Assembly (NCBI GenBank): GCA_041483895.1
Contig: JBGPGO010000031.1
Location: forward strand, 1-19,624
Source of the DNA: Fimbriimonadia bacterium
Lineage (GTDB): Bacteria; Armatimonadota; Fimbriimonadia; Fimbriimonadales; JABRVX01
Length of the DNA stretch: 19,624 bases
Direction: 5' to 3'
Within the stretch, counting starts at the first letter, position 1. Every line of letters starts with the position of its first letter. The position numbers and the translations under genes were made by a program. Positions 7,949 through 17,679 of this stretch are shown here, piece by piece. The notes beneath the pieces were generated by a model. That model had not been told where the DNA came from. It worked only from the letters and a program-made list of their open reading frames with translations, and made no database searches.

Positions 7949-8737
7949 ATGGAAACCACCCAATACGATATTTCGTTTGACGATTTTGCAAACATGGATC
8001 CGCTGTTGATTCGCGATAAGATTTGGAAAGACTTCACAAGGCAGCATCGGATACCGGAAGCGTATCGCATTTCCACCTCTCAATGGGCGGCCGCCCTCGC
8101 ACATGCGAAGGTGCGTGTTGCCAATGTATTGATGTCAGCGGCCTCGCCGGATCTGCGATCCAAGATCGCTTCAATCGTGATCTACCATCCGACGGCGTTG
8201 AATGAGAGTCTCGAGGCGCAGGCACAGATCGCGAATCTCTATCGATTCGATTTAATTCCGGTTCGCTATCCCTACGCCATTCATGAATTGAAAACCCAGT
8301 ACGATGTGCCGTCGATTGCTTCAGAGATTTCTAAGCATGTGAACTTCCGAGATGCGGTCTTACTAGAATCGAGTGGAGTCGCGGCCGCGACGCAGTTCCG
8401 AGAAGCGAGCCTGATCTTTGCAATCGAGCAAGATTACGAGCAGATCCAGCGCGCCTACCGAATGGTTATGGATGATCCTGACGACGTTTTGCGCGTCATC
8501 GTCTTCGATTCCGACCCATTGGATATTGCCACCGGAAGGTTGGACTTTGTTCACGCCCGACCAGAGGACTTTCGGGGCGATGGCGCAAAATTCCATATGT
8601 CCGAGTTCATCCGCGTCCTGCATTCCGGCGGCAAATTGTGCGTGGAAGGCGCCCGGGCAGAGATTGAAAAGGTGCTGCAGCGGCATTCGGAGTTTGTAGG
8701 GCTCAGCCCGACATTTGCATGTGTCACCAAGGCCTGA
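7949..8737 (+). CDS. Hypothetical protein with a degenerate class I SAM-methyltransferase-like C-terminal domain
   Basis: EFIRVLHSGGKLCV resembles the E..RVLKPGG.L motif. AVLLESSG, IFAIEQD and LDFVHA fall in the order expected for motifs I, post-I and II, but the Gly-rich loop is degenerate. Confidence 0.6.
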   Translation: METTQYDISFDDFANMDPLLIRDKIWKDFTRQHRIPEAYRISTSQWAAALAHAKVRVANVLMSAASPDLRSKIASIVIYHPTALNESLEAQAQIANLYRFDLIPVRYPYAIHELKTQYDVPSIASEISKHVNFRDAVLLESSGVAAATQFREASLIFAIEQDYEQIQRAYRMVMDDPDDVLRVIVFDSDPLDIATGRLDFVHARPEDFRGDGAKFHMSEFIRVLHSGGKLCVEGARAEIEKVLQRHSEFVGLSPTFACVTKA

Positions 8738-8766
8738 GCGGCAGATTCTGGTATATAATGTCAGCA

Positions 8767-11505
8767 ATGAAAACGCCATCAATTGTGCTCCCAATTGCCC
8801 TCATAGCGATCGCATCCCAGGCCCAAATCGCCCCAGCGCCGTATCTCTGCAAATATGAGGACGTCCACAACCTCATGAGACAACCGACCGGCGATCTACG
8901 GATGCAGACTAGCGGTTTCCAATTCCCAGCCAAGATCAAGGTGCATCCGGCTCGCGGATGGTTCCATGGTCAGGACGCTGATTTCCTCAATCCCGGTCCG
9001 GGCCTCGAAGCCACCAGCTACCCAGGGACTTTGCGCCTTGCCCCAGTCTCAACGAGTACGGCTCTTTCGCGCGATTTTGAGAGCGGCCTACAGGGAATGA
9101 CCGCGACGGGCGCATTTCGAGTCTATTCGGATTTGGCCTTTGGATACGGCTCAAATCGCAGCGCGCGGATTGAGTGCAATTCGACCGGCACCGGAAACAT
9201 CAATCTAATAAATACCCAGACAGATACGGCCATATACCGTGAATTTGAAATGTACTATTACGCGGATCCCGATTTCCCTGGCTTCGCGCTGATCGCAAAG
9301 GTCAAGATAGGTCTCGCCACTACCGACGTATCCCTCATCGATATTCGGTTTGACCGCGGCGAAGACGGAGCGCCCTCGTATAATAACGAGTGGCGCCAGC
9401 TGCGGCTGGACATCAACGGCCTGCTTGCCGCCCGCGGCCATCCCAACGCGGTGATCACGAACCTGAGAATTACCAATTCAGTAACCGCGACGGGACCGAA
9501 GATGTGGATCGACAACATGCGCATGTTCGGTGGGGCATATCCCGACTTTACCGACTACCTATCTCCGCCGCGCCGCATGGACCAACCATATCCGTTCGAC
9601 ACTTTCTACTGGTCCAAATCGCGCACGTTCTGGTCGCCGTTCGCCGCGGTTGAGTTAGGACAGAGCGGCACCGGCCTCCAGTTCCAGATCCGATCCGGCC
9701 CTACTCGAGTGGAGTGCGAATCCGCTCCTTGGTACGGACCAACTTCGGATACAGACTGGTACACCACCGACGATTTGCTTTGCGGCTTCCAGGCGATCAA
9801 CCCGGTCCACAACGGCGACACGTGGGTTCAGGTTCGAGCGCGATTGATCTCCTCCCCGGACCACTTGCACACGCCCGTGTTGGAGGACTTCTGCGTCACT
9901 TGGGGAGACGCGAATACATGGGACATTATGGGGCTCATCCTAAAAGCCGTCGACGCCGATTATCAGGATGCCAATGGCGTGACGCAGCACGAGACGTCAA
10001 GCATGACCCAGGCCGACGTAGACGACCTGAGCAACCAATGGCAGTTCTTCATCCGCTACGCACCCCGTTTCATGTCCTACAACCTAAAGTTGCGCTCCGA
10101 ACTTCATGTCGTCGACAGCCCATTGACGACACCCATGATATCCGGTTCGAACAACTCGTACACGATCGATCCGAGCGGGGCCTTGCCGCTTTACCAGCAA
10201 TGGGTCGGCACGAACAAATGGGACTCTATCACGTTCAACTTCCGATGGACCAAAATCGGTTTCCCTGCGTGGGGACTCGCTTGGTACGGAAATTGGATTC
10301 CCGGCAATGCGATGATGAACCAGATCATCTACATCGGTTCCTGGGCCCAGCATCATGAAGTCATGCTCCATGAATGGATGCACTCGCTTGCCTGGACCTG
10401 CACGGATCGCACCGACGACGTCATCCCGCATCCGCATTCGGACCAAGACCCCCATTGGGCGACTGCGGGAATCGGCCTAGCCAGCATGGACTATTATTAC
10501 CATTGCCTGGCGTGGCATGGCTTCCGCCAAGTGTACGACAGCATCGACGCCGTCGATCCCGTTAACTCGAATCACGAGCGGGTCTGGGGAACGTTGGGCG
10601 CATTTACGTTCAGTCCGATCAACGATGACGGCCTTTTCACGGATTACATTGGCGAGGCATTCGCCAATCCCTGGTACAACGAGCCGTTGGGAGGCAAGAA
10701 TTGGTCTTCCATCACATCCTCCAGCGACTTCATCAATCTCGGCGCAAAGTACGGCGGTACGGGGGGCCGCGTCGCCTACGGAAGCCTCTACTTCAAGCTC
10801 CCCAAGGACCAGACCGTGAGGCTTTGGACCGGCTCCGATGACGGTTTTCGGCTTTGGTTCAACAATGACCTGATGCGGAGCCGCCACGCGCATCGCGGCG
10901 CGGCGCCCGGGACGGATGCCACAGCGCTAGACGCAGGCGAGGGATGGAACCACCTCTTGATGAAGGTCGAAAACTATTCCGGCTCTTGGGGCTATTACGC
11001 GCGGCTGTCGGACTATCAGGGCAATGCCATCCCAGGCCTTGAGACCGCCTATATCCCGCCTGGATACAGCGGATTCGAAAATCTGACCGGCAAGGTCGAC
11101 CTGTCGCCGTTCCAGGATCCAACCACGGTGAGGCTTCAGTTCGTGATCACCGACCCCTCATCCGGCGAAGTCCAGCTGTCCCGTTGGATATTTCCCTCGG
11201 CGGACGGTTCGTACAAGCTGAGCCCGGTCCCCAGAGGAACATATAAATTGCAGGTCCGCGGTCCGCACTGGCTTTCGAAAACCGTGCCGATTACCGTTGG
11301 AACCGGCGACTTGGGCAATGTCGACATCGAACTGGTGAACGGTGACGTGGATGGAAGCAATTCGATTGACCTCGTTGACATGAACCAGTTCTTTGCTGAT
11401 TACGGCTCGAACAAGTACCCGGAAACCGATTTGGACGGGAACGGGATTGTGGGAATAGAGGATTTGACGATTATTCTCTTGAATTTTGCGCAAGTAGGCA
11501 CGTAG
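8767..11505 (+). CDS. Large secreted multidomain protein: putative zinc metallopeptidase (HExxH), PA14-like domain and C-terminal dockerin-like Ca-binding repeats
   Basis: Signal peptide MKTPSIVLPIALIAIASQA; HEWMH at 10369-10383; PA14-like GSDDGFRLWFN and GWNHLLMKV; NGDVDGSNSIDLVD...DLDGNGIVGIEDL duplicated Ca-binding loops. TATAAT (8754-8759) lies 7 nt before ATG 8767. Confidence 0.8.
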   Translation: MKTPSIVLPIALIAIASQAQIAPAPYLCKYEDVHNLMRQPTGDLRMQTSGFQFPAKIKVHPARGWFHGQDADFLNPGPGLEATSYPGTLRLAPVSTSTALSRDFESGLQGMTATGAFRVYSDLAFGYGSNRSARIECNSTGTGNINLINTQTDTAIYREFEMYYYADPDFPGFALIAKVKIGLATTDVSLIDIRFDRGEDGAPSYNNEWRQLRLDINGLLAARGHPNAVITNLRITNSVTATGPKMWIDNMRMFGGAYPDFTDYLSPPRRMDQPYPFDTFYWSKSRTFWSPFAAVELGQSGTGLQFQIRSGPTRVECESAPWYGPTSDTDWYTTDDLLCGFQAINPVHNGDTWVQVRARLISSPDHLHTPVLEDFCVTWGDANTWDIMGLILKAVDADYQDANGVTQHETSSMTQADVDDLSNQWQFFIRYAPRFMSYNLKLRSELHVVDSPLTTPMISGSNNSYTIDPSGALPLYQQWVGTNKWDSITFNFRWTKIGFPAWGLAWYGNWIPGNAMMNQIIYIGSWAQHHEVMLHEWMHSLAWTCTDRTDDVIPHPHSDQDPHWATAGIGLASMDYYYHCLAWHGFRQVYDSIDAVDPVNSNHERVWGTLGAFTFSPINDDGLFTDYIGEAFANPWYNEPLGGKNWSSITSSSDFINLGAKYGGTGGRVAYGSLYFKLPKDQTVRLWTGSDDGFRLWFNNDLMRSRHAHRGAAPGTDATALDAGEGWNHLLMKVENYSGSWGYYARLSDYQGNAIPGLETAYIPPGYSGFENLTGKVDLSPFQDPTTVRLQFVITDPSSGEVQLSRWIFPSADGSYKLSPVPRGTYKLQVRGPHWLSKTVPITVGTGDLGNVDIELVNGDVDGSNSIDLVDMNQFFADYGSNKYPETDLDGNGIVGIEDLTIILLNFAQVGT

Positions 11506-11573
11506 GCGACCGGCTGTGGCTGTGGGTCCGAGCGCCGGAAGCCATGATTACCGGTCGAGGGGACCCCGTGTCT

Positions 11574-11602
11574 TTGACATTCTGAAGAAGCTCTGATATA
11601 CT
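11574..11602 (+). promoter_or_regulatory. Sigma70-type promoter for the prepilin-like gene
   Basis: TTGACA (11574-11579), 17 nt spacer, TATACT (11597-11602), with extended TG at 11594-11595. Confidence 0.75.
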
Positions 11603-11639
11603 GTATGTATTCATTCTATACTCGGTGAGGAGGCACATA

Positions 11640-12509
11640 ATGAAACTAAGGGGCTTTACCCTTATCGAACTGCTCGTAGTCATCGCTATTATCGCAATTC
11701 TTGCCGCCATTCTTTTCCCCGTATTCGCGAAAGCGCGCGAGACCGCCATGAGAGTTAAATGCACCGCCAGCGGCAAACAGATGGGCCTCGCAGGCCTCAT
11801 GTACGCCGACGACAACAACGGCACGCTCCACTATGGCCGCGTCTATGTCGGCGATCCAGACTCGCACCCCAGTGGCCTCATTTGGTCTGGCCTCGAACAG
11901 CCCTATCTTAAAAGCAAGGAGGTTCTTCTTTGCCCGACACTGGATAGGAACCAGGACCCGCGGCTGAACAACCCATCCCACTTCGCACAAACGTGGTCGC
12001 AATCTCATTATGATAATCACGGTTGGTTGAACATAGGTCTGAACGTAGGCATCGGTGGCTGGTACAGCGGCAATGTCGCGATAGTTTGCAAGATAAAGAA
12101 AGTGCGCTCGGTGGCGAAGAACGTCTTCTTCGCTGATTCAGTGCCAGGCGACCATCTAGGAGCTGCCATTTCGGAATGCAATAATGTGTCTGGTCACATC
12201 CACTTTAAGGGCTATGAGACCGACAACGTTTGCGTCAATTGTGCCGGAATCTGCGCTTCAACGCGTCACAACGCGGGACATCAGGACCCCAATTTCGGCG
12301 CGTACAATGAGAACGAAGGCGGTCTTACGATCACGTTCCTCGATGGCCATACGAGGTTCTACAACTACACTGCCGTGAAACCGTCGCAGAACCTGAGCGA
12401 CGTTCCGGTTTCGTGTGGTGACACGGCAACCCGAACCTTCTGCCTGCGCGATGCAAACGCTGCCAAAATCAAATGGCATACGTGGGTTTACGGCTGTTTG
12501 GCAGACTAA
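11640..12509 (+). CDS. Prepilin-type N-terminal cleavage/methylation domain protein (DUF1559-like, H-X9-DG family)
   Basis: [38 protein letters not shown] and C-terminal RH...TFLDGH; RBS GAGGAGG at 11627-11633. Confidence 0.92.
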   Translation: MKLRGFTLIELLVVIAIIAILAAILFPVFAKARETAMRVKCTASGKQMGLAGLMYADDNNGTLHYGRVYVGDPDSHPSGLIWSGLEQPYLKSKEVLLCPTLDRNQDPRLNNPSHFAQTWSQSHYDNHGWLNIGLNVGIGGWYSGNVAIVCKIKKVRSVAKNVFFADSVPGDHLGAAISECNNVSGHIHFKGYETDNVCVNCAGICASTRHNAGHQDPNFGAYNENEGGLTITFLDGHTRFYNYTAVKPSQNLSDVPVSCGDTATRTFCLRDANAAKIKWHTWVYGCLAD

Positions 12510-12512
12510 TCG

Positions 12513-12683
12513 ATGAAACAACAGATAAAGCCTGGCGTAGCGATCGTCATCATCGCCGTTGTCGTTCTCGGCGCGGTGTGGTACATCTTTTTTCGCGGAG
12601 GCGGCCCGTCTGGGACGACTACTCCCGCGAAGTATGGTGAACCCGCAGGGTCTGTCGCACCGGGCGCCGGGCCAGGCAAATAG
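12513..12683 (+). CDS. Small single-TM protein (56 aa) cotranscribed with the prepilin-like gene
   Basis: Manual translation MKQQIKPGVAIVIIAVVVLGAVWYIFFRGGGPSGTTTPAKYGEPAGSVAPGAGPGK*. It starts 3 nt after the upstream stop and is below the ORF-track length cut-off. Confidence 0.75.
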   Translation: MKQQIKPGVAIVIIAVVVLGAVWYIFFRGGGPSGTTTPAKYGEPAGSVAPGAGPGK

Positions 12684-12689
12684 CTGTTT

Positions 12690-12711
12690 GGGCGGGCCAC
12701 TCGGCCCGCCC
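12690..12711. terminator. GC-rich hairpin between convergent genes, probable terminator
   Basis: GGGCGGGCC-ACTC-GGCCCGCCC is a perfect 9-bp stem; U-tracts are weak on both strands. Confidence 0.6.
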
Positions 12712-12720
12712 GAATTCCAT

Positions 12721-15324
12721 TTAGCCCTCGATCACGATCTTCGAAAAGTCCGCAATCCGGATGTACATCCCGGCGATTGCTGCCAGCAGACGAAGCCGGT
12801 TATCCCGAATCTTCTCGTCATCCACCATCACCATCACTTTGTCAAAGTAGGCCCCGATCGGACCGGCCAATTCTTCGTGCAGCTGAGCGAACGCCGGATG
12901 ATAGTCGCCCTTTCGGCATGAATCCGAAAAGAACGATTCGATGCCGATCACCACGCTGTGAAGTTTGCGCTCTTCATCCAACTCCATCAATCCAACATCC
13001 ACGGAGGCCAACGCGCCGGCGATGTCTTCCGGAGAGGGAACACCGCCCGCCGCGATGCCTTTTTTGACCGCCGCCGCCGCGATGTTTCCCGCGCGCATGG
13101 AGGTCCGGGCCACATCCACAAAGTCAGGCTTCTTGGACAGTTCGGTTAGCAGTTCCAACCGCGCGGCGACTCGCCACGCATCATCCCATCCCGCGCCAAG
13201 GACCGCTTCCAGCAGATCCTTTCGTGCACCTTCATACAGCACATCATAGCGACCGAGCGCCAACTCTGCCATCGCTCTCCGGATGGCGTCCTGCGCAAAA
13301 TCATGGCCCTGCTCGCCATATTCAGCGCATGCCCATGAGAGCATCATCCCGATCGGCGGGAACGATTGATCGCTGCCAAAGGCCTGCCCATTGAGAATCA
13401 GCATGTGCACCGCGCGCCGAAGCCCGAACGGATCGCTCGACCCAGATGGCACCAGGCCTAAACCAAGGTACCCGCAAAGTGTATCCACCCGGTCCGCCGC
13501 CATCAGGATGCGCGCCAGCTTCGCGCCGAGACAGGCCGGCGGTTCCGTCGGGTGGTAGTGCGTCCGAATGGCCCAGCAGACCTCGTCCACCTCGCCATCG
13601 CGCCGCGCGTACTCGCCGCCCACAATTCCCTGCAGCGCCGGCAGCTCCACCACCAGGCCGCTCGCCAAATCCGCCTTCGCCAGCTCCGCCGAGCGCCGGG
13701 CCAACCGCCGCTCCTCGTCGCTCAACCCCAACGATGACGCAACCTTGTCGCACAGACCGATCAACCGCCCGGTCTTGTCCGCCAATGTCCCCAGCTTTTC
13801 TTGGAAAACGATCCGATCCAGCCGCTCGGCGAACCAAGAAAGCGGATGCTTGCTGTCGTCATCGAAGAAGAACTTAGCGTCGGCAAATCGCGCGCCGAGC
13901 ACCCACTGGTTGCCCCAAATCACAGTCTCCTCATCGCCGCCGTTTCGGACGCTGACAAATCGATTGGTTATCTTCCCATCGGCATCGCGAATCGGCAGAA
14001 ACTTCTCGTGCTTCTTCATCGCGACGATCAGCACGTCGGGCGGTAGCGCCAAATACTCTTCATCAAATGTCCCCAAGCTCGGCATAGGCCACTCGGTCAG
14101 ATACACATTCTCATCCACGTTTGCCTCGTCCAGGTCCACACCGGGATCGATGGCGAGCGCGGCCTCCTCGATCATCCGCTTTCGGACGGTCCCGTCAAAT
14201 TCGACACGCGACTCGCGTAGCGTTGTGGACAGGCTAGTGAAGTCTCGGACCAAGGATCTCTGTTGTCCAGAAGGTACCATCTTCTCCAGCTCAGCGTAAA
14301 TGCAATTGACGTGCAAGCTCAGATCAAAATTCTGTAGGTGCTTGTGGTTTTCACAGATTCGATCCGCATGGACTGGGTTTCCATCTTTCAGCGCAAATAT
14401 ACATCCACAGCAGGCGGGGTACCAAAGTTGCTCTGGCCTGCCATGTGTCGCCGCAGCGGCAGATACATTTCCGATCCTCATCACACCAGAACCAGGAGGC
14501 GTCGTAATCTTTACAATGACATTAAATTGCTCGCTAGGCATATCTACAAGCTGTGCAGCATAGCAATATCCGGTAACACCGCCCGCTATGGTCGCCGAGG
14601 AGAGTTCCTTTCCTCCGCTACAAATCGCTACCCTGGCAATATCCGATAATGTGTTTTCTGGAACGTAGAGGTGGATGTCAATCGTGTCGGTTTCTTGTGA
14701 CACGGAAATTCGTTGTATCAATGGGAACTCGAGCATCTTGCCCGCTTCGATGAGTAGAGGTGCTCCGAGTACCCGCTTGCCGCATGTATAGCTATCGGAG
14801 GCCACACCTTCAATATCAAACGGCACAACCGACCCGCCGAGCAAGGCCACGATCCAGCGAATCGGGCGCGCGAATCGCATCCGCCCCTCGCCCCAACGCA
14901 TGGACTTCTCAAAATTCAGCGCCCGGATCGATTCCGGCAGAAGTTCGGACAAGACCTCGGCTGCGGGCCGCCCGACGATCTGCTTGGTCACCCAGACATA
15001 CTCGCCCTCTTGCCGCACCTGATCCGGCTGCACGTCGTTGCCTTTGCAAAACCCAATCAGCGCGGGCGTCGGATTGCCCGAAGCATCAAAAGCCGCCGAA
15101 ATGCGCGGGCCCCTTTGTTCCTTCTCACTATCGGGTTGCCTCACCGCAACATCTTCCACAACTACAATCAGTCGCCGCGGCGTGCCATAGCACCGTGCCG
15201 ATCCGTGAGCCAAATTCGACTCGTCCAGTCGCTCAACAACCTCATCCCGAAGCTGATGAAACGCCTTCTCGACAAACGATGCGGGCAGCTCCTCGCAACC
15301 GACCTCCAAGAGCAGCTCAGGCAA
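12721..15324 (-). CDS. glyS: Glycine--tRNA ligase beta subunit carrying a ~165 aa insertion
   Basis: [69 protein letters not shown] and IRDNRLRLL motifs; 867 aa against the usual ~690-700. Confidence 0.96.
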   Translation of the reverse strand: MPELLLEVGCEELPASFVEKAFHQLRDEVVERLDESNLAHGSARCYGTPRRLIVVVEDVAVRQPDSEKEQRGPRISAAFDASGNPTPALIGFCKGNDVQPDQVRQEGEYVWVTKQIVGRPAAEVLSELLPESIRALNFEKSMRWGEGRMRFARPIRWIVALLGGSVVPFDIEGVASDSYTCGKRVLGAPLLIEAGKMLEFPLIQRISVSQETDTIDIHLYVPENTLSDIARVAICSGGKELSSATIAGGVTGYCYAAQLVDMPSEQFNVIVKITTPPGSGVMRIGNVSAAAATHGRPEQLWYPACCGCIFALKDGNPVHADRICENHKHLQNFDLSLHVNCIYAELEKMVPSGQQRSLVRDFTSLSTTLRESRVEFDGTVRKRMIEEAALAIDPGVDLDEANVDENVYLTEWPMPSLGTFDEEYLALPPDVLIVAMKKHEKFLPIRDADGKITNRFVSVRNGGDEETVIWGNQWVLGARFADAKFFFDDDSKHPLSWFAERLDRIVFQEKLGTLADKTGRLIGLCDKVASSLGLSDEERRLARRSAELAKADLASGLVVELPALQGIVGGEYARRDGEVDEVCWAIRTHYHPTEPPACLGAKLARILMAADRVDTLCGYLGLGLVPSGSSDPFGLRRAVHMLILNGQAFGSDQSFPPIGMMLSWACAEYGEQGHDFAQDAIRRAMAELALGRYDVLYEGARKDLLEAVLGAGWDDAWRVAARLELLTELSKKPDFVDVARTSMRAGNIAAAAVKKGIAAGGVPSPEDIAGALASVDVGLMELDEERKLHSVVIGIESFFSDSCRKGDYHPAFAQLHEELAGPIGAYFDKVMVMVDDEKIRDNRLRLLAAIAGMYIRIADFSKIVIEG

Positions 15325-16204
15325 TGGCGGCCTCCCGCGCTTCCAAATATTTCACGCAGCAGGCCCGCACCCGCCCCCTCACCCGATTGATGTACACGGC
15401 CCGCTCGGTCACCGAAATGCTGCCGCGCGAATCCAACAGATTAAAGGCGTGAGAACACTTGAGCGCCATGTCATAAGCCGGAGCGATCATCGGACCGTCC
15501 GGAGTCTCGATCTCGATGACACGCCGACTCTCCGCCTCATAGATATCGAAAAGTTTGAACAGCATCTCCGTGTCGGCATGGTCAAAATTGTAGTAGTTGT
15601 TTTCCAACTCCGCCTGATACTCGGCAAATTTGTAGGTCACGGGCTCCCCGTCCGGTCCAAAGTTCCAGACCAGATCCCAGACGCTGTTCTTTTTCTGCAG
15701 CATCATGCAAAGCCGCTCCGGTCCGTATGTGATCTCCGCTGACACGGGCTTGCACTCGATCCCGCCCATCTGCTGGAAAAAGGTGAACTGGGTGATTTCC
15801 GTCCCGTCGATCCAGACCTCCCAGCCCACGCCGCTCGCCCCCAGCGTCGGCGCCTCCCAATCGTCCTCTACCAGGCGGATATCGTGTAGTAGCGGGTCTA
15901 TGGCGATCTCCGTCAGGCTGTTCATGTACAGGTCCACGATGTTGTCCGGTGATGGCTTCATGATCACCTGATATTGGTAATAGTGCTGCATGCGCATGGG
16001 GTTGCGCCCATATCGGCCGTCCGCCGGCCGCCGGGAAGGTTGGACGTAGGCGACGTTCCACGGATCAGGCCCCAGGCAGCGCAAGGCGGTGGCAGGGGCC
16101 ATCGTGCCGGCCCCGACCTCCATGTCGTACGGCTGGACGATGAGGCAGCCAAGACGGCCCCAGTATTGCTGTAATTTCAGCAGCAGGTCTTGAAAAGTCA
16201 GCAT
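15317..16204 (-). CDS. glyQ: Glycine--tRNA ligase alpha subunit
   Basis: [55 protein letters not shown] and SH.FNLLD.RG motifs. An alternative GTG start lies at 16210. Confidence 0.97.
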   Translation of the reverse strand: MLTFQDLLLKLQQYWGRLGCLIVQPYDMEVGAGTMAPATALRCLGPDPWNVAYVQPSRRPADGRYGRNPMRMQHYYQYQVIMKPSPDNIVDLYMNSLTEIAIDPLLHDIRLVEDDWEAPTLGASGVGWEVWIDGTEITQFTFFQQMGGIECKPVSAEITYGPERLCMMLQKKNSVWDLVWNFGPDGEPVTYKFAEYQAELENNYYNFDHADTEMLFKLFDIYEAESRRVIEIETPDGPMIAPAYDMALKCSHAFNLLDSRGSISVTERAVYINRVRGRVRACCVKYLEAREAAIA

Positions 16205-16234
16205 CTCCACGGCGCTAAGAATACCCGCGTGGCT

Positions 16235-16399
16235 TCGTAGACGCGGGTCGTCTTGGTGGAGGTTCCCTCGTGCCGGCAACCAAGACCAGCGTGGCAACCT
16301 TGCATCCATCGATCCCGGCCGCCACGAACGGAAATCGTAGACGTGGGTCCTTCCGGTGGAGGTTCCCTCGTGCCGGCAACCAAGACCCGCGTGGCAACC
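16235..16399. repeat. Two 65-nt direct repeats (period 100 nt), REP-like hairpin elements starting with GTAG
   Basis: 16235-16299 and 16335-16399 are 59/65 identical, with a 33-nt identical core. Internal inverted repeats are GTCTTGGT/ACCAAGAC (copy 1) and ACGTGGGTC/GACCCGCGT (copy 2). Confidence 0.85.
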
Positions 16400-16415
16400 C
16401 TCCTGAGAAAACAAT

Positions 16416-16438
16416 GCCGCCTGGAAGGCAGCGTTACC
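16416..16438. repeat. Short REP-like palindrome
   Basis: GCCGCCT-GGA-AGGCAGC imperfect hairpin followed by GTTACC. Confidence 0.45.
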
Positions 16439-16511
16439 GGAAACCTGGCAATTTTCACCCAAAACCGGATATCCTTGAATGACGTACTATTAAGTAGGAT
16501 ATCCGAACAAT

Positions 16512-16871
16512 ATGAGTGAAGCCCAAGCCACAACCCAACCGCCCGTCGATCTGACCGACGAGGCCGTGGAGCGAGTCCGGCGCCTGATCGAAAAGGATGG
16601 GCGTGAGGGTATCCGGCTCCGGCTGGGCGTGCGCGGCGGCGGCTGCTCCGGGTTGGAATATGTTTTGAAGCTAGATGACACGAAGACCCCCTATGATGTC
16701 GAATACGAAATCAAGGGGATCCCGGTGGTGGTGGATGCCAAAAGCGCGCTCCACCTTCAAGGCAGCATCTTGGAGTACACAACCCAGCTCATCTCCGGCG
16801 GCTTCCGCATCAAGAACCCGAACGCCGGCCGCACCTGTGGTTGCGGTACCTCTTTTACTCCCAATCAGTGA
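16512..16871 (+). CDS. iscA: A-type Fe-S carrier protein (HesB/IscA family)
   Basis: [14 protein letters not shown] and [12 protein letters not shown] motifs. Confidence 0.93.
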   Translation: MSEAQATTQPPVDLTDEAVERVRRLIEKDGREGIRLRLGVRGGGCSGLEYVLKLDDTKTPYDVEYEIKGIPVVVDAKSALHLQGSILEYTTQLISGGFRIKNPNAGRTCGCGTSFTPNQ

Positions 16872-17665
16872 ATTCCGTAGGTGTACCAATACTGCAGCCG
16901 GGGTTCCGGCCAGTGGGTCCACACTTTGGCGTGTCCATCAACAAAGATGACCGAATGGCCCGATCTGTGGCTCCCATAGAGCTTTCGACCCATTTCCCCG
17001 CCATTTTGCGGGGTAGTCATGCAGAGGCAATACGGCGCGCAGTACCAGCCCGTGCGCTTCCAGCCGTTGAACGATAGATCCGGGTCCGGCTCGATGGCGT
17101 TTTCGTTCGTGGGATCTGGATCGCCCGCGATCGGGTCGTCCAGCGCCCCACGGAAGAAGCAGCCCTGCGTGTTCTCGCGGCTCGCCTCCCGGCCGTCCCG
17201 CTTCCCGGTGTCGAAGGCATAGATCGCCTTCGCCGCGTCGCCCAGCATAGAAGGCGTCTTCATCCCGCCGCCGATCACGACGTGCCCGGCATCATCCCGC
17301 AACTGCCGCCCTGGATAGGACATCGCCCACGCGCTGCCGATGAAGCCGTATTGATAGTGGGATGATGGGCACCGGAACACGCCCAGGTCGGATTTCGTCT
17401 TTGTCTTTATGTAGGGGTTTATCTTGTTCGTCCAGCCCCAAATTTCGGGCGGACCCTCGAAGTCGTTGATAACGATGAACCGGTCATTGTAGTTGCTGAT
17501 GTACAGGATGTGGGCCACGCCGATCTGTTTGGCGTTGCTCATGCACATGGTGGCTTTAGCGGATTCTTTCGCCGAAACGAACACGGGAAACAGAATACTT
17601 GCCAAAATGGCGATAATGGCTATCACGACGAGCAGCTCGATCAAAGTAAAGGCCGATCGGTTCAC
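16865..17665 (-). CDS. Prepilin-type N-terminal cleavage/methylation domain protein (DUF1559-like, H-X9-DG family)
   Basis: [44 protein letters not shown] and [16 protein letters not shown] start lies 6 nt after TGT-TAAAAT. Confidence 0.92.
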   Translation of the reverse strand: MNRSAFTLIELLVVIAIIAILASILFPVFVSAKESAKATMCMSNAKQIGVAHILYISNYNDRFIVINDFEGPPEIWGWTNKINPYIKTKTKSDLGVFRCPSSHYQYGFIGSAWAMSYPGRQLRDDAGHVVIGGGMKTPSMLGDAAKAIYAFDTGKRDGREASRENTQGCFFRGALDDPIAGDPDPTNENAIEPDPDLSFNGWKRTGWYCAPYCLCMTTPQNGGEMGRKLYGSHRSGHSVIFVDGHAKVWTHWPEPRLQYWYTYGIH

Positions 17666-17679
17666 ACGGTTATTTTAAC

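Noticed and set aside
7636..8009. Short ORFs in the AT-rich region (including 7803-8009) as real genes or RiPP precursors
   Set aside because: No RBS, no recognisable motif and no neighbouring maturation enzymes; 7803-8009 overlaps the longer ORF out of frame.
14305..14784. GlyS insert as an intein (Cys181 ... His-Val-Asn340|Cys341)
   Set aside because: There is no recognisable Hint block A or TxxH block B, and the penultimate residue is Val. Splicing at these sites would remove the conserved GHRF-like motif and leave non-GlyS residues.
16235..16399. CRISPR mini-array
   Set aside because: Only two copies, the 65-nt units are too long and imperfect, and there are no cas genes in the window.
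16211..16462. N-terminal extension of GlyQ in the 381-aa ORF call
   Set aside because: The extension is translation of the direct repeats; homology starts at MLTFQD.
16205..16511. T-box or tandem glycine riboswitch upstream of glyQS
   Set aside because: No T-box AAnnnGGGTGG(T/A)ACC consensus and no GGAGAG/GCCGAAG aptamer cores on the minus strand; the isolated TCTCAGG is insufficient.
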